Source of the DNA: Vairimorpha necatrix
Taxonomy: Eukaryota
DNA: 64,000 nucleotides
Direction of reading: 5' to 3'
Assembly: GCA_036630325.1 (NCBI GenBank)
Contig: CP142730.1
Span: forward strand, 868,001-932,000
Notes under the pieces: generated by a model
Told to the model about the DNA's origin: nothing
What the model saw: the letters and a program-made list of their open reading frames with translations, nothing else
Database searches by the model: none
Part shown: in pieces, positions 20,864 to 31,719 of the stretch
Layout of the letters: every line of letters begins with the position of its first letter
Numbering within the stretch: position 1 is the stretch's first letter
Made by a program: the position numbers and the translations under genes

Positions 20864-23800
20864 CTAGAACTCATTAATCTCAAGCAGACCTTTTAAATCA
20901 TAATGCCGCTTTTTCACGATCCTACCATTTTCCAAACTAACTAAGTACGAGTCACCTCCGCAAACTTCCTTGATAACACCATATCCTAAAAACCTTCCTT
21001 TCTCATACTTACTACAACCCGATAAGTTCTCTTTCTTCGCTACCCTAACTCTCTGACCTTTATAGAATTTCTCTCTTTTGCGAGCCACAAACCTCCTACT
21101 ATAAAATCCTTCAGGTCCATTCTCGATCATAACATGGCCCGTTTTGTCTCTTGAGGCCTCAAACGGTGTACATCTCAACCCTTCATGATAGCTGTTATTA
21201 TAACGCCATATACATCTATTAACCTTGGCTTCAAAATCCACAGCATCATCTTTCAATATTCCTTCTCTTATGGTTCCTATTACCCTTTCCACTCTTCCAT
21301 TACTTCTATGACTTTCTACGCTTACTTTCCTATGTAATACATTTTCCTCTGAACACCAATTCCTCATATATTCATTACTAAATTCTTTACCGTTGTCAGT
21401 AATTATTTCTACCGGTTTCATTCCTGATCCACACAACTGTTTTAAAAATCCTACAACCGAGCTTCCGCGTTTGTCCTCTATTACTTTTCCCCAAACGATC
21501 CTAGTATAATAATCAATCACGACCAACACATATTTCCCTAAATCTCTAAACTCAATCAAATCCAAAGCAACCTTTTCAAAATAAAATCTTGAACTAACAA
21601 AATCACAACCACCACTCTTTTTCCTATTATATATTTGGCAAACTTCACACTTCTTTAAAACATCCTCGATATCCTTCTTCATACCCGGCCAATAAAATTC
21701 AAACTTCATTGCATAGTACACTGATCCTAAACTTCTATGTCCCAAATTTTCATGAGCATTGACAATTAAACCTTCACGCAATTCTTTCTTTGGAATCTCC
21801 GCTTCTCTACCAGAGTCAAATACCCAAATTTCCTTCCCATCAACAACTTTAACATGCTTGTCCCATTTACCCTGTGCCTGTTTAATACTTCTCTCCTTAT
21901 TCATTAGCGTTTTCTCATTTTCATGTACCCTACTCAGTGCATCTGCTACAACCATGGTACTAGGCTCTCTATATTCAATGCTAAAGTCGAACTCTTGAAT
22001 CTTTTCAATCCACCTGTTAATTCTATTATTGTTAAATGCTGGTTTATTTCTAATCTCGATCAATGCCTTATGATCAGTTTCTACCCTAAATCTTCTTCCG
22101 CGTAGTTCATATTCAAACTTTTTAATTCCCCAAAAGACTGCATACATCTCCTTCTCACTGATTCCATATCTCGTTTCCGTAGGCGTAAACTTTTTTGATG
22201 CCCACTGTACTGGTACCCAATTACCTTGATCATCTTCCTGCATTAAAACAGCACCCATTCCAACATTACTCGCATCCGTGCGTAACAAAAATTCCTTATT
22301 ATAATTAACAATTGCTAAACCTTTTAAATCCCTAATCACTTCCCTTAAACTAATATATTCTTTTTCCATTTCTTCTGTCCATTTCCAATTACTTCCTCGT
22401 CCTTTAAGAGAATCCGTCAACGCCAATGTACGTTTTGCATAATTATCAATATGATTTCTAAACCATCCAGCCAGCCCAAGAAACTTCCTAACATCTGATA
22501 CACACTCCGGTTTGGGAAATTCTAACGCTTCATTTTGCTTTATTTCAGATGGCAGTATCTCCTTGCCATTAACTGTTACTCCTAACAACATCACCTCTCG
22601 TTTACATAATTGAACCTTAGCCAAATTAATTTTCATACTATTCTCCTCTAATATATCCACAGCCTCTTTCAACAATTTGTCGTGACCCTCTCTTGTCTTA
22701 CTATGAATCACAATATCGTCCATATAAATTTCGATTCCCTTACCAATAAATTTTTCAAAAATCCCATTCATTATTCTTTGTAATATCTGCGGTGAGTTTT
22801 TAAACCCCATGACCATCGAATTCCACTCGTATACCTTTTTATTAAACTCAAAAGCCGTCTTAAACCTATCCTTCTCTTCAATCTCAACACTATAAAACCC
22901 CTCCTTTAGATCTATCACGGTAAAAAATTCAGATCCCTGTGTACTTCTAATAACATCTCTTATCCTAGTTAACTCATAAGGATCCTTCTCTACAATGTCA
23001 TTAAGAGCAATTAAATTACTTACTAATCTTATATCACCATTCGGTTTCTCAATCGCTCTAATGGGATTTCTCCAATCAGATGTCGACCTTCTAATTATCT
23101 TTCTTCTTTCCAAACTATTAATATAATCTTCCGTCTTCTTCAACAAAGCCTGAGCTATAGCCTGCCCTTTTTTAACAACTTTCTTGCCTTCTTGAGTCTT
23201 GATAATACATTTTTCAACCTTACAAAAACTAATATCTTCATCCTCTCTTCCTCCTACCCGTGAAATAATCTCCTCTAAATACGCGATGCCTCTTACATCC
23301 CTTCTCAACAGAACTCTCTTATTATTGTCCCTTTTGCTATAATCTTGTATATCCCCAAAATTTTTCTTCTTACGTTTCCCACCATCAACATTATAATAAT
23401 CACATTTGTCCGAATTGGAATCGTCATCACATTTACCCTCTAAGTCTAATTGCACTTTACATTTACCAACATAATTAAAACTACTTTTATTTCTTCTGTC
23501 TTCAGAATCTCGCCTCATTCCCCTACAAAATCTAACACTATGGCCTAACTTCCCACAATTGTAGCAACGCATATTCTTTTTATTTTCCTCACGAGACAAC
23601 TTATTCTTCTCCTCAAATTTAGCCCATAACGCTAGGGACAACTCTTCAAATTCTTTTTTTCTCACTTGTTCCTTTTCCTCCTGAATAGCTAGCAACTCTA
23701 ATTTTTCCTCAATTTCCTTCCAACTACCCTCTTGCGAGATCCTCTCAACAATAAAATTTCTCAATAAAATAGAACCTCTCCTAAAAATTTCTAATTTAAA

Positions 23801-23938
23801 TCCACACTCATCAATTTTCTCTAAAAACAACTCATAAACAATCCTTTTAACCTCTTTTAATAATATTCTAGCCTCTTGGCCACGGTCCTCCTTTGTAGAC
23901 CCATTTTCTGGTATCGCCCCCATGTGTTTATTTTCCAT
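20864..23938 (-). CDS. Gypsy polyprotein: short Gag + CCHC, RT, RNase H, integrase
   Basis: CYNCGKLGHSVRFC, IDLKEGFY, YMDDI, TDASNVGMGA, ADALSR, H..LGH..C..C, TDNGKEF, SNGRVER. Intact 1024 aa. Confidence 0.97.
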   Translation of the reverse strand: MENKHMGAIPENGSTKEDRGQEARILLKEVKRIVYELFLEKIDECGFKLEIFRRGSILLRNFIVERISQEGSWKEIEEKLELLAIQEEKEQVRKKEFEELSLALWAKFEEKNKLSREENKKNMRCYNCGKLGHSVRFCRGMRRDSEDRRNKSSFNYVGKCKVQLDLEGKCDDDSNSDKCDYYNVDGGKRKKKNFGDIQDYSKRDNNKRVLLRRDVRGIAYLEEIISRVGGREDEDISFCKVEKCIIKTQEGKKVVKKGQAIAQALLKKTEDYINSLERRKIIRRSTSDWRNPIRAIEKPNGDIRLVSNLIALNDIVEKDPYELTRIRDVIRSTQGSEFFTVIDLKEGFYSVEIEEKDRFKTAFEFNKKVYEWNSMVMGFKNSPQILQRIMNGIFEKFIGKGIEIYMDDIVIHSKTREGHDKLLKEAVDILEENSMKINLAKVQLCKREVMLLGVTVNGKEILPSEIKQNEALEFPKPECVSDVRKFLGLAGWFRNHIDNYAKRTLALTDSLKGRGSNWKWTEEMEKEYISLREVIRDLKGLAIVNYNKEFLLRTDASNVGMGAVLMQEDDQGNWVPVQWASKKFTPTETRYGISEKEMYAVFWGIKKFEYELRGRRFRVETDHKALIEIRNKPAFNNNRINRWIEKIQEFDFSIEYREPSTMVVADALSRVHENEKTLMNKERSIKQAQGKWDKHVKVVDGKEIWVFDSGREAEIPKKELREGLIVNAHENLGHRSLGSVYYAMKFEFYWPGMKKDIEDVLKKCEVCQIYNRKKSGGCDFVSSRFYFEKVALDLIEFRDLGKYVLVVIDYYTRIVWGKVIEDKRGSSVVGFLKQLCGSGMKPVEIITDNGKEFSNEYMRNWCSEENVLHRKVSVESHRSNGRVERVIGTIREGILKDDAVDFEAKVNRCIWRYNNSYHEGLRCTPFEASRDKTGHVMIENGPEGFYSRRFVARKREKFYKGQRVRVAKKENLSGCSKYEKGRFLGYGVIKEVCGGDSYLVSLENGRIVKKRHYDLKGLLEINEF

Positions 23939-23971
23939 AATGAGGGGTAAAAATAATAAGGATATATAACA
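23923..23971 (-). repeat. 5' micro-LTR of Gypsy 2
   Basis: Identical to 20788-20836. Order on minus strand: TATATA, T-run, CCCC, ATG, AATAAA, CA. Confidence 0.93.
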
Positions 23972-24099
23972 TTATGTTTGTATATTTAAAATAATCGAGA
24001 TTTCCAAACACATATCAAGCTCAGTTAAGCTTGATATTGTAAACAAACCTTTTCTAATGAAGAGCTAAACTCTTTTGATCCATTATTTGTAAATTGTAT

Positions 24100-25165
24100 G
24101 TCAAGTACTATTTTTTTTCCATATCATTGGAATGTAATCGTCTTCTCGACTAATTCGTCATATAATAATAAGACTTCTTGAATTTTATTTAAATTATAAA
24201 CACTACATATTTACCTAACTAAATATTTAATTGTAATGTATTTTTTTTTGTCACTAATAAATATTAAACAAAGCGACGTTCAATGTAAAATCTATAATTG
24301 TATCATCCTTGATAATTTAAAAAATGCTAATGAATTAATTTTTTTTGAACCCGTGTGTTCTATTTAGAATACAAAAAAATTCTATCTTGGTGTCTGGATG
24401 AACAATTGTAATGCTTTGTGTAACCCAACTTACCATATATAATCATATTATTCATTTTTAAGATATTTGCCAAATCTAATAGTATTTAAAAGACTTCAAC
24501 ACATATTTCATGTTTTTTATTTGGTAGAAGAAAAAAAGCAAAAGGAATAAAAGTATATTCATATATAAAAATACTACTTAAGATTGCAAAAGAGCCGAGG
24601 CGAGACAATGTCCAATCCGTTTCAAATACATTTTTTACTTTTGTGGGTTAAACTTTTATCATCCCAGCATGCATTATTCTTTCTTCGGTGCTAAAATAAT
24701 TATCATGGTGTATAAAATTAAGGTCGGATCTTGTAATTAATTACACTTCGAACATCGAATTATTGGAATAATGATAATTTTAAAGTACGTCTTGTGTATT
24801 TTCAATTCCTTTTTTTTTGATACGTATGCTTAAATGTAATTGTCACTCTGAATCATTAAGCATTGATGTTTTGCACATACAATTATATTTTTAGTTTTTC
24901 TGCTTGTGAACCTTCTCTTTTTATATCTTTATTTACAAAATGGCTTTATATTGGAAATTGCTTAGATCTTTTTGATTATGTTGTTAAACGCATATTCCAA
25001 AAATAATGATATTAAAGCTTATATTATCAATGCAATTCTTAATAACAAGACCACTTTATAAATGAAATCTCGATGTATTTTTTTACAATATTAAAACTCC
25101 TTCTATAGCTTCATTTGTTTTCTTTTTATGACATATATTAACAGTTTTTTCTTTATGATCCATAA
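24100..25165 (-). pseudogene. Degenerate MULE (Mutator-like) transposase relic
   Basis: Broken-frame peptides YTFIPFAFFLLPNKKHE (~24557-24507; compare MULE fPlvyaLlpnK..e.Y) and GLHKA/ITIVHPDTKIEF (~24425-24375; compare al.nA...vfP.a.i.gC.fH). GGGTT-ATG at ~25163. Many stops. Boundaries approximate. Confidence 0.55.
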
Positions 25166-26965
25166 CCCTTTTTTATTTATCATTTAAAGGAGGTTCTTAA
25201 TAGAGTACAATCAAATTTTAGTAAAAAATCCATACAGTCTTAAAAGGTAAATAGATTGTATATAAAGTGTTGGTATATTTATTAAAATGTATTTTAAACA
25301 TTTTGTACCATATGGTTATAACTTTAAGTTTTTAGTTTGATGGGGGTCTTCCCAATGCTGTTTGTTTGCTTTAAATACATTTTGGGGGTATTTTTTTTTA
25401 ATTTTTCTTTTATACTTGGCAAGCTTTTCCTCTAACCATCTTATAACTATAATAAAAATTGATAAAACAAATTTAACAATAGAACATCTAACAAAATTAT
25501 ACGATTAAAATTTGAATAGAAAAATATATAAAATATATTAATTATATCGATAAAGAAAATTACTTTTTAGTAGCAACAATTAGAAAAATAACTTCAAAAA
25601 ATTGTTTGTTATTTTTATCAACGTATGAAATGTATTTATGTGTTTTGTGTTTTTCACTGAGACCTTCATAGATCTGGACATGAATAAACTTTTATATATT
25701 TACATACCTAAAAAGGCCCAAAATAGAATTTAAACATAACATATGTTTCTTTTCGCATTGGAGTATTTTTATAGATTTTGATAACTTTATCTAGTTTAGG
25801 TTTCAAAAAAAATTGAAAAAATTATTGATTTTATGTTTTTTGTTTTTTTAATGTTTATAACGATTTTTTTTAGATTTGCTATATTATTTTCAAACAAAAA
25901 TCAAGATAATAATTTAAATTATAAATGAAGTATATAAATAATGTGTTCTGGGACAAAGCATATCTTAATATAAAATTACGTTTATTATAAATATAAACTT
26001 TTTAGCAACAATTATTATAATTAAAACATATAAAAATTGATATAGACTAATTATTTGATCTTTATATTAGTTTATGCCGATTGGTCAAAAATAAAAATTT
26101 ATTGGGTAGTATTGTACTAGAACAAAGGATAATAGCCATATATATTCCGTTCTTTACTCTTTTTAAGAATTCTATTCCCTATCTTAAAAATTTACTTTTT
26201 ACAACAAAGATACAAATTTTTAATAAATTCGCTACATCGAATGACTTTTTTATCCAGCGATGTGTTTTACTAATATATAGCATAGATTTTATGTACTTAA
26301 AGTAACAAAAATTACTACCTGATTGATAGGTTAAAAAAAGTAATTATAAATGTTTTTTTCGACACAAGATGCATAGGCGAGTTAGATAATTGCGTAAACA
26401 TGTGTTTTTACTCTTTAAAAAGATTTATTTCATGATATTTGCACTATTTAATTTCTAATTTACGTGAATGATGTATTTTTAGACGTATATTATATTTAAT
26501 TTTTTATTTTGAAACAAAATGATATGCATCTTTCAAAATTAGCATGAAAGCATAAAAGAAGTAATATTGTATAGAAAATATAAAAATATATTTGTCTTTA
26601 AGACAAAATTTAGTGTAGAATAAAGATAATAATTATTTTGGCAGTAAGTATTTATCAGGAAAAAAAAAACTTTGATTAAACATAAAACAGAACCATTTTC
26701 TTGCAGAAATATTTAAAATGACTTTAAAATGCTAATTGTATCAAGACGACATGCGGTTTGCACCGATAAGTAAGGGGTTTTTAGACCAGTAAAGCGATTT
26801 CCATTGAAACTTAGCGCTGCTATTGAAAAGATGGAGTGTATAACGTGAAAAATAAAAAAACAGGTAGGTATTAAGTTCGAATAAAACAATTTGTTAATAA
26901 ATATAACAAAGCTTACAATATATGATTTACGTAGAATTCAAAAAAAACTTTTAAATGTAAAGTCT

Positions 26966-28000
26966 GGTGCTTCTCCGTTTTGCTGCCCCAATAAAAATGG
27001 GGCAGCAAAAAAAATAAATTTAATAAAATCAATTAGAACATCCATTTCCTCATTCTTCAATACATTATTAAAAAAAATTTCTAAAAGTAAATTCTTTGAG
27101 CCAAGATTCGATATTCACACGTTTTACTTCGTGCTGTTTAGTCATTTCAGATTTCATACCAGACGAAAAATTCTCAATATTATTAGTATGAAAACCTTCT
27201 TCATTAGTAAATCCTATCGAATGTTTTACAATAATGTGTTTGAGTTTTAGATTCGCTGCTACACCGGGATAACTAGGATGGCCATCCGAAATAAGAACTG
27301 ATCCCGGTAAGACTATATCTCAATTATATTTGTTAAAGTATTTATCTTTCGATCCGGAACTTGTACTATACAAATATTTTTTCTATCTACAGATTCTATT
27401 AACCCCAAAATCCATACAGTATCTTTAATTCCATCATCTGCTCTAGATGGAACTCTAATAGTTCCTCTTCTACACAGTACAGTTTCATCAACTTGAACTC
27501 CCGATCCACCGATTTTGCAATCGGTTTCCAATTTCTTTCTAATATATTCCCTCAATTTAAGCTTTATTTTTAAAATAGTGTCATTTGACACACACGTTAA
27601 ACATTTAATTAATCTATAATTGCTGTTACAAAGGACCAAGAACACAACAAAAAGATAAATTTCAAATGATAATTTAATGCCAGGTAAAAAGCTTTTTTTT
27701 GCCCTGCATTCTTCTCTCATACACCTATAAACTAATCTTTCCTTTCCCCTTTCCAATAATATTGTAAGCTTTGCAACAATATGATCACAAGAACCACATC
27801 GTCTAATCAAATTAATAATTCCAGTCTCTATCATGTAGTCTTTACATGAGGCAAGACTGGAAAACAAAGGATGTCTATAATTATAAAAGTTTATTTTTGT
27901 CATTTTTGGGGCTTTTTATAAAAAAATAAAAATTATTAAATTTTTGCTTTTCTCCGTTTTGCTGCCCCATTTTTTGGGGGCAGCAAAACGGAGAAGCGCC
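26966..28000 (-). mobile_element. Merlin (IS1595/ISXO2-like) DNA transposon A
   Basis: 24-bp TIR GG(T/C)GCTTCTCCGTTTTGCTGCCCC. 8-bp TSD TAAAGTCT (26958-26965, 28001-28008). Internal inverted TIR copies at both ends. Confidence 0.93.
27020..27903 (-). pseudogene. Frameshifted Merlin DDE transposase
   Basis: Zn-ribbon C..C...C....C, VQVDET, WILGLIE, VPDR. After a frameshift at ~27315 it continues VLPGSVLISDGHPSYP...GFHTNNIENF. 3' end approximate. Confidence 0.85.
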
Positions 28001-29035
28001 TAAAGTCTTGATTAATTTTTTATTGCGTTATATACATTTAAAAATAGGTCAAAATAACCACAGTTCTCATAAAATACTATGGTATATATATTTCTCTTTG
28101 TTTCAATACAAAGGGCAGTGCAGAATTTATCCGCCAATCACTTCTATATTAATCTTTGCATTGACACATAGTATCCTTATAGATCTGATTTTTTGTCATT
28201 TCCGGCGACTTTTGTATGACAATTTGAAAACGAAATCTAGACTAGCCTAATAAATGATTTAAAAATTTAACTTATATGTTCGTGAATTAAAGTGAAATTA
28301 CGTTAAATTTTTTAGCCTCATACATTTATATGAGATAATATTTATAATAAACTGTATTTAATTTCTTACTTAATTTATTATAAATTTCTTTGACTGAAAT
28401 ATAATTTGTGTACGTGAATGAAATATAATAATGGCATGTTTTCTTAATTCAAAAAAATTGTTTTTTTAACATTTTGATTGAAACCATTTATTTACACGGT
28501 GTTGCTTTGCGGGCTTTAACAGAAAAGAAACCGATAAAAATACTGACGCTAAACAATCATTGATCATTTTACGTATTGAATGTGTTTACAAAAATTTTAT
28601 CCATACATTTTTTTTATCCTAAATAATGAAAAACAAATCTCAAAATTGGAATATTATCAAACATTATGATCTAAAATAAAAAAATAAATAAATATCACAA
28701 TTATTATAGTATTTATTAGATTTCAAACAACGCGATATTTTTATTAAAATTTGTGCCTTTTTCGTTATTTCTCGTAAGAAAGAACTTTTCTGATGGGTCT
28801 TGTAGCTTTTAGTTTGTGCTTTCTGGTATTTAAATAATTACTAATTTTTTTTATTTGGGGGTTGCCACTAAATAATTATATGTGGAATTAAAAAATTACA
28901 GTGAATAAGATCTTTCTTGTCATCCCATAATATGTGGATATTGGTATCTTTTGTTTGAAAAAATATTTTTAAAATAACAATTATAAATATTATGAATGAT
29001 AATAGTAACAATTTATGCCATAAAAAGCTGATTTA

Positions 29036-31351
29036 TCAAATAAGTTTATTAAAATTCTCTTTTTCTTGGTCCTTGTAAATTTTCACCAAAACATCGTGCA
29101 AATTAATTTCCACTCCATTTAAAATTTCAAAAATTTCCTTATCACTTAAGACTTTAACTATTTGTTTAATATAATTTCCATAATTGCGGTCTATGTCTAA
29201 ATCAGACTCAAAATTATCTTCGTATTTTACTATTAAAACCTGCAATAATTCCCGTTTACAACATATTCTCGCATTTTTTTCGATATTAGTCCATAAACTT
29301 ATACGCACTTTTTCTACTATCTCATTAAAAAGTTCATTCATATATTCTTCATCCCAATTCCTTATCATTTTCGCCAATTCTTTCATTATGATATCATGTC
29401 TGTATACATTTTTTATAGCTTGATTTGCACGTTCGCTCAGTTCATTTAAAAATGCATTTTTTACTTCCTCATCATATAAATGGTCTATTTTTTCATTTAA
29501 TGCATTAGTCATTATTTCATTTAACGCTTCATTTAACTTAAATTTGTGAATTTTATCAAAAATATTTCTTAATTCTTCTTTTAATATACTTTTCTCGCTT
29601 TTGTTTTCTAGCAAATATTTTATCTGGTAAAAATATTTCCTGTATTCTTTTTCGGCGTCCTCTTGTAAATTTAAAGTTAATTTTTTTCTTATTGCCTCAT
29701 TATTTTTATCAACTTCATTTCTAAATAATCTAAACAAATCGAGAACTTTATTCTTTTGCGTAAAGCATTTATCAAATTCTAATTTATAGACACATCTTTC
29801 CAATCCTGTAAACAACGACAATAATTTTAGAATATAAGACCATATCTGCTTTCTAAACATTTTAATATCTTTAAAATGGAGCTCTATAAATTCTTGATAT
29901 ATTTTTCTTAAATCAATTATTTCTTTATTTTGCGATGAATGGAATGAATTTGCATGGACATTAATTTCGACCTGATTTTTGGTGTTAATAAAAATTCCTA
30001 TTTTCTTTAAAGCACTAAATATTGGATCATTAATAATAAAAATTTCGTTTAAGTATCTTTCGGCCTCTAAGAACAAACAATATTTTATGATATACGTATA
30101 TGATGAATATTCACGATGTACAAATTTGGTTAGAAATCGTTTTGTGATCTGTGTTTTTCTTTCCGCGCAAAGTTTATCTACGCTTAACAATATATTTAAT
30201 TCATTTTCATCTATTAATTCTTGATCTAACATAAGATAAGAAAATATGATGCAACAAGGGTTGTCTGGACTATTTAAAATGTTATTTACCAGATATTCTA
30301 CTTTGTTTTTATTTTTTATTAATCTAAAAAATAATTCAACTTTAGTAAAATCCAGCTCCAATAAACGAATTTTTTTAAAAAACTCCTTTAATATCATGAC
30401 AGTTTTTTTCTTTTTAAAATTTTTATTTCCAGTTGAACATGATATGCTATTCAAATGGCAAACATAATTTTCCTTATCGTTTGTAAATCGCAACGCGTTA
30501 CTTATCATAAATATCTCAAAGTTCTGAGAAAATAATATGATTCTATCAAGTTCGAAGGTTGTAGAGTGCAAATGACTATCTAAACTTATTCCCTCTAGGA
30601 TAATAAACCTGTATAAATCATAAAAACATCTACTGATAATCTTGTTTGTTTCATTAGTATCTGATGACTTAAATTCAACTATGTTAAAAAATGTCTCATC
30701 ATTAAGTTCTTTCAAATTAAATTCAAATAAATAATAAACATGATCCAAATAAATACTGAAATTCAAATAACACTCATCGTTTTTTTCAAATATTTCAAGT
30801 GGTATTATATAATAATTAGGATCTCTGCCTAAAAACTTTAATTTGTGTTTTATACTACATACTATTCTATTCCACAGACAATAATGATCATCAATAATAT
30901 CATAAAAAATTTTAGTACACACACTCAATTCTGTTCTTTTGGCATTTTCTTCTTTTAAATAATTAATAATTTTTTTGTATATTGGATCTACTACATAAAA
31001 ATTTGAGTTATATACTAAAATTATTGAGTCAGCTAGTATTTTTTCATATTCAAGCAATAATACTTCTTCAAATTCTTTTACAATACATCTAACAGATTTG
31101 CCTCTACAATTAATATTTATGTCTTTAACAATTTTACTCTCATCCCATGGAAAGGTTTCTATCATCAATTTTGCATTCAATTCCTGTAAATCTGTATATT
31201 TCAATTCTACTTTTAAATATCGCCTTTTAATGTCAATAACATAATAATCTCGTTTGGAAATTTTGTTGGTTAAAATAGTGTTAAGTCTATCATAGACACC
31301 TTTCCAAGAATGTATAAATATAAAAAAGCTCATTAATTTACAACTATTCAT
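29036..31351 (-). CDS. Lineage-specific ~770-aa protein with putative signal peptide (paralog B)
   Basis: 771-aa ORF, CCCA-ATG start. Aligns end to end with 13484-15790. Confidence 0.85.
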   Translation of the reverse strand: MNSCKLMSFFIFIHSWKGVYDRLNTILTNKISKRDYYVIDIKRRYLKVELKYTDLQELNAKLMIETFPWDESKIVKDININCRGKSVRCIVKEFEEVLLLEYEKILADSIILVYNSNFYVVDPIYKKIINYLKEENAKRTELSVCTKIFYDIIDDHYCLWNRIVCSIKHKLKFLGRDPNYYIIPLEIFEKNDECYLNFSIYLDHVYYLFEFNLKELNDETFFNIVEFKSSDTNETNKIISRCFYDLYRFIILEGISLDSHLHSTTFELDRIILFSQNFEIFMISNALRFTNDKENYVCHLNSISCSTGNKNFKKKKTVMILKEFFKKIRLLELDFTKVELFFRLIKNKNKVEYLVNNILNSPDNPCCIIFSYLMLDQELIDENELNILLSVDKLCAERKTQITKRFLTKFVHREYSSYTYIIKYCLFLEAERYLNEIFIINDPIFSALKKIGIFINTKNQVEINVHANSFHSSQNKEIIDLRKIYQEFIELHFKDIKMFRKQIWSYILKLLSLFTGLERCVYKLEFDKCFTQKNKVLDLFRLFRNEVDKNNEAIRKKLTLNLQEDAEKEYRKYFYQIKYLLENKSEKSILKEELRNIFDKIHKFKLNEALNEIMTNALNEKIDHLYDEEVKNAFLNELSERANQAIKNVYRHDIIMKELAKMIRNWDEEYMNELFNEIVEKVRISLWTNIEKNARICCKRELLQVLIVKYEDNFESDLDIDRNYGNYIKQIVKVLSDKEIFEILNGVEINLHDVLVKIYKDQEKENFNKLI

Positions 31352-31719
31352 TGGGTGTAAAAAATATTTTTTATTTAAAAAATAATTTTAAAAAAAATGT
31401 ATGCTAAAAAATGACTAAATAACAAAAATCTTTGAATTTCCAAAAACAAGTTTGACACCTTTCAATGAAAGAATTGGATGACGCCATCATAAAAGCAAAA
31501 TTACAAATATTTTGACATGTATATCTTAGAAAAGAATATATAAAATAACACATTAGTAAAAAGACGAAGATAATATTTATAATTTTAGTCTTTCGGTGCC
31601 ACAATAACAACTTTTCATTTATACTCCTTTATTGAGTTTTAAGAAAAAGCATGTTGAAATATAAAATACAAATTGCAATCTAACAAATTTTTCTTATTTA
31701 AACCTTTGTTCATATTATA

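Larger units (their letters stand above)
20788..23971 (-). mobile_element. Complete Ty3/Gypsy LTR retrotransposon 2 (3184 bp) with 49-bp LTRs
   Basis: Identical direct repeats 20788-20836 and 23923-23971 (TG...CA). TSD TTATG at 20783-20787 and 23972-23976. PBS-like TGGGGGCG. PPT GGAGGGGGGA. Confidence 0.95.

Noticed and set aside
26891-27250. 119-aa plus-strand ORF
   Set aside because: Crosses the Merlin A terminus and is antisense to the transposase 3' part.
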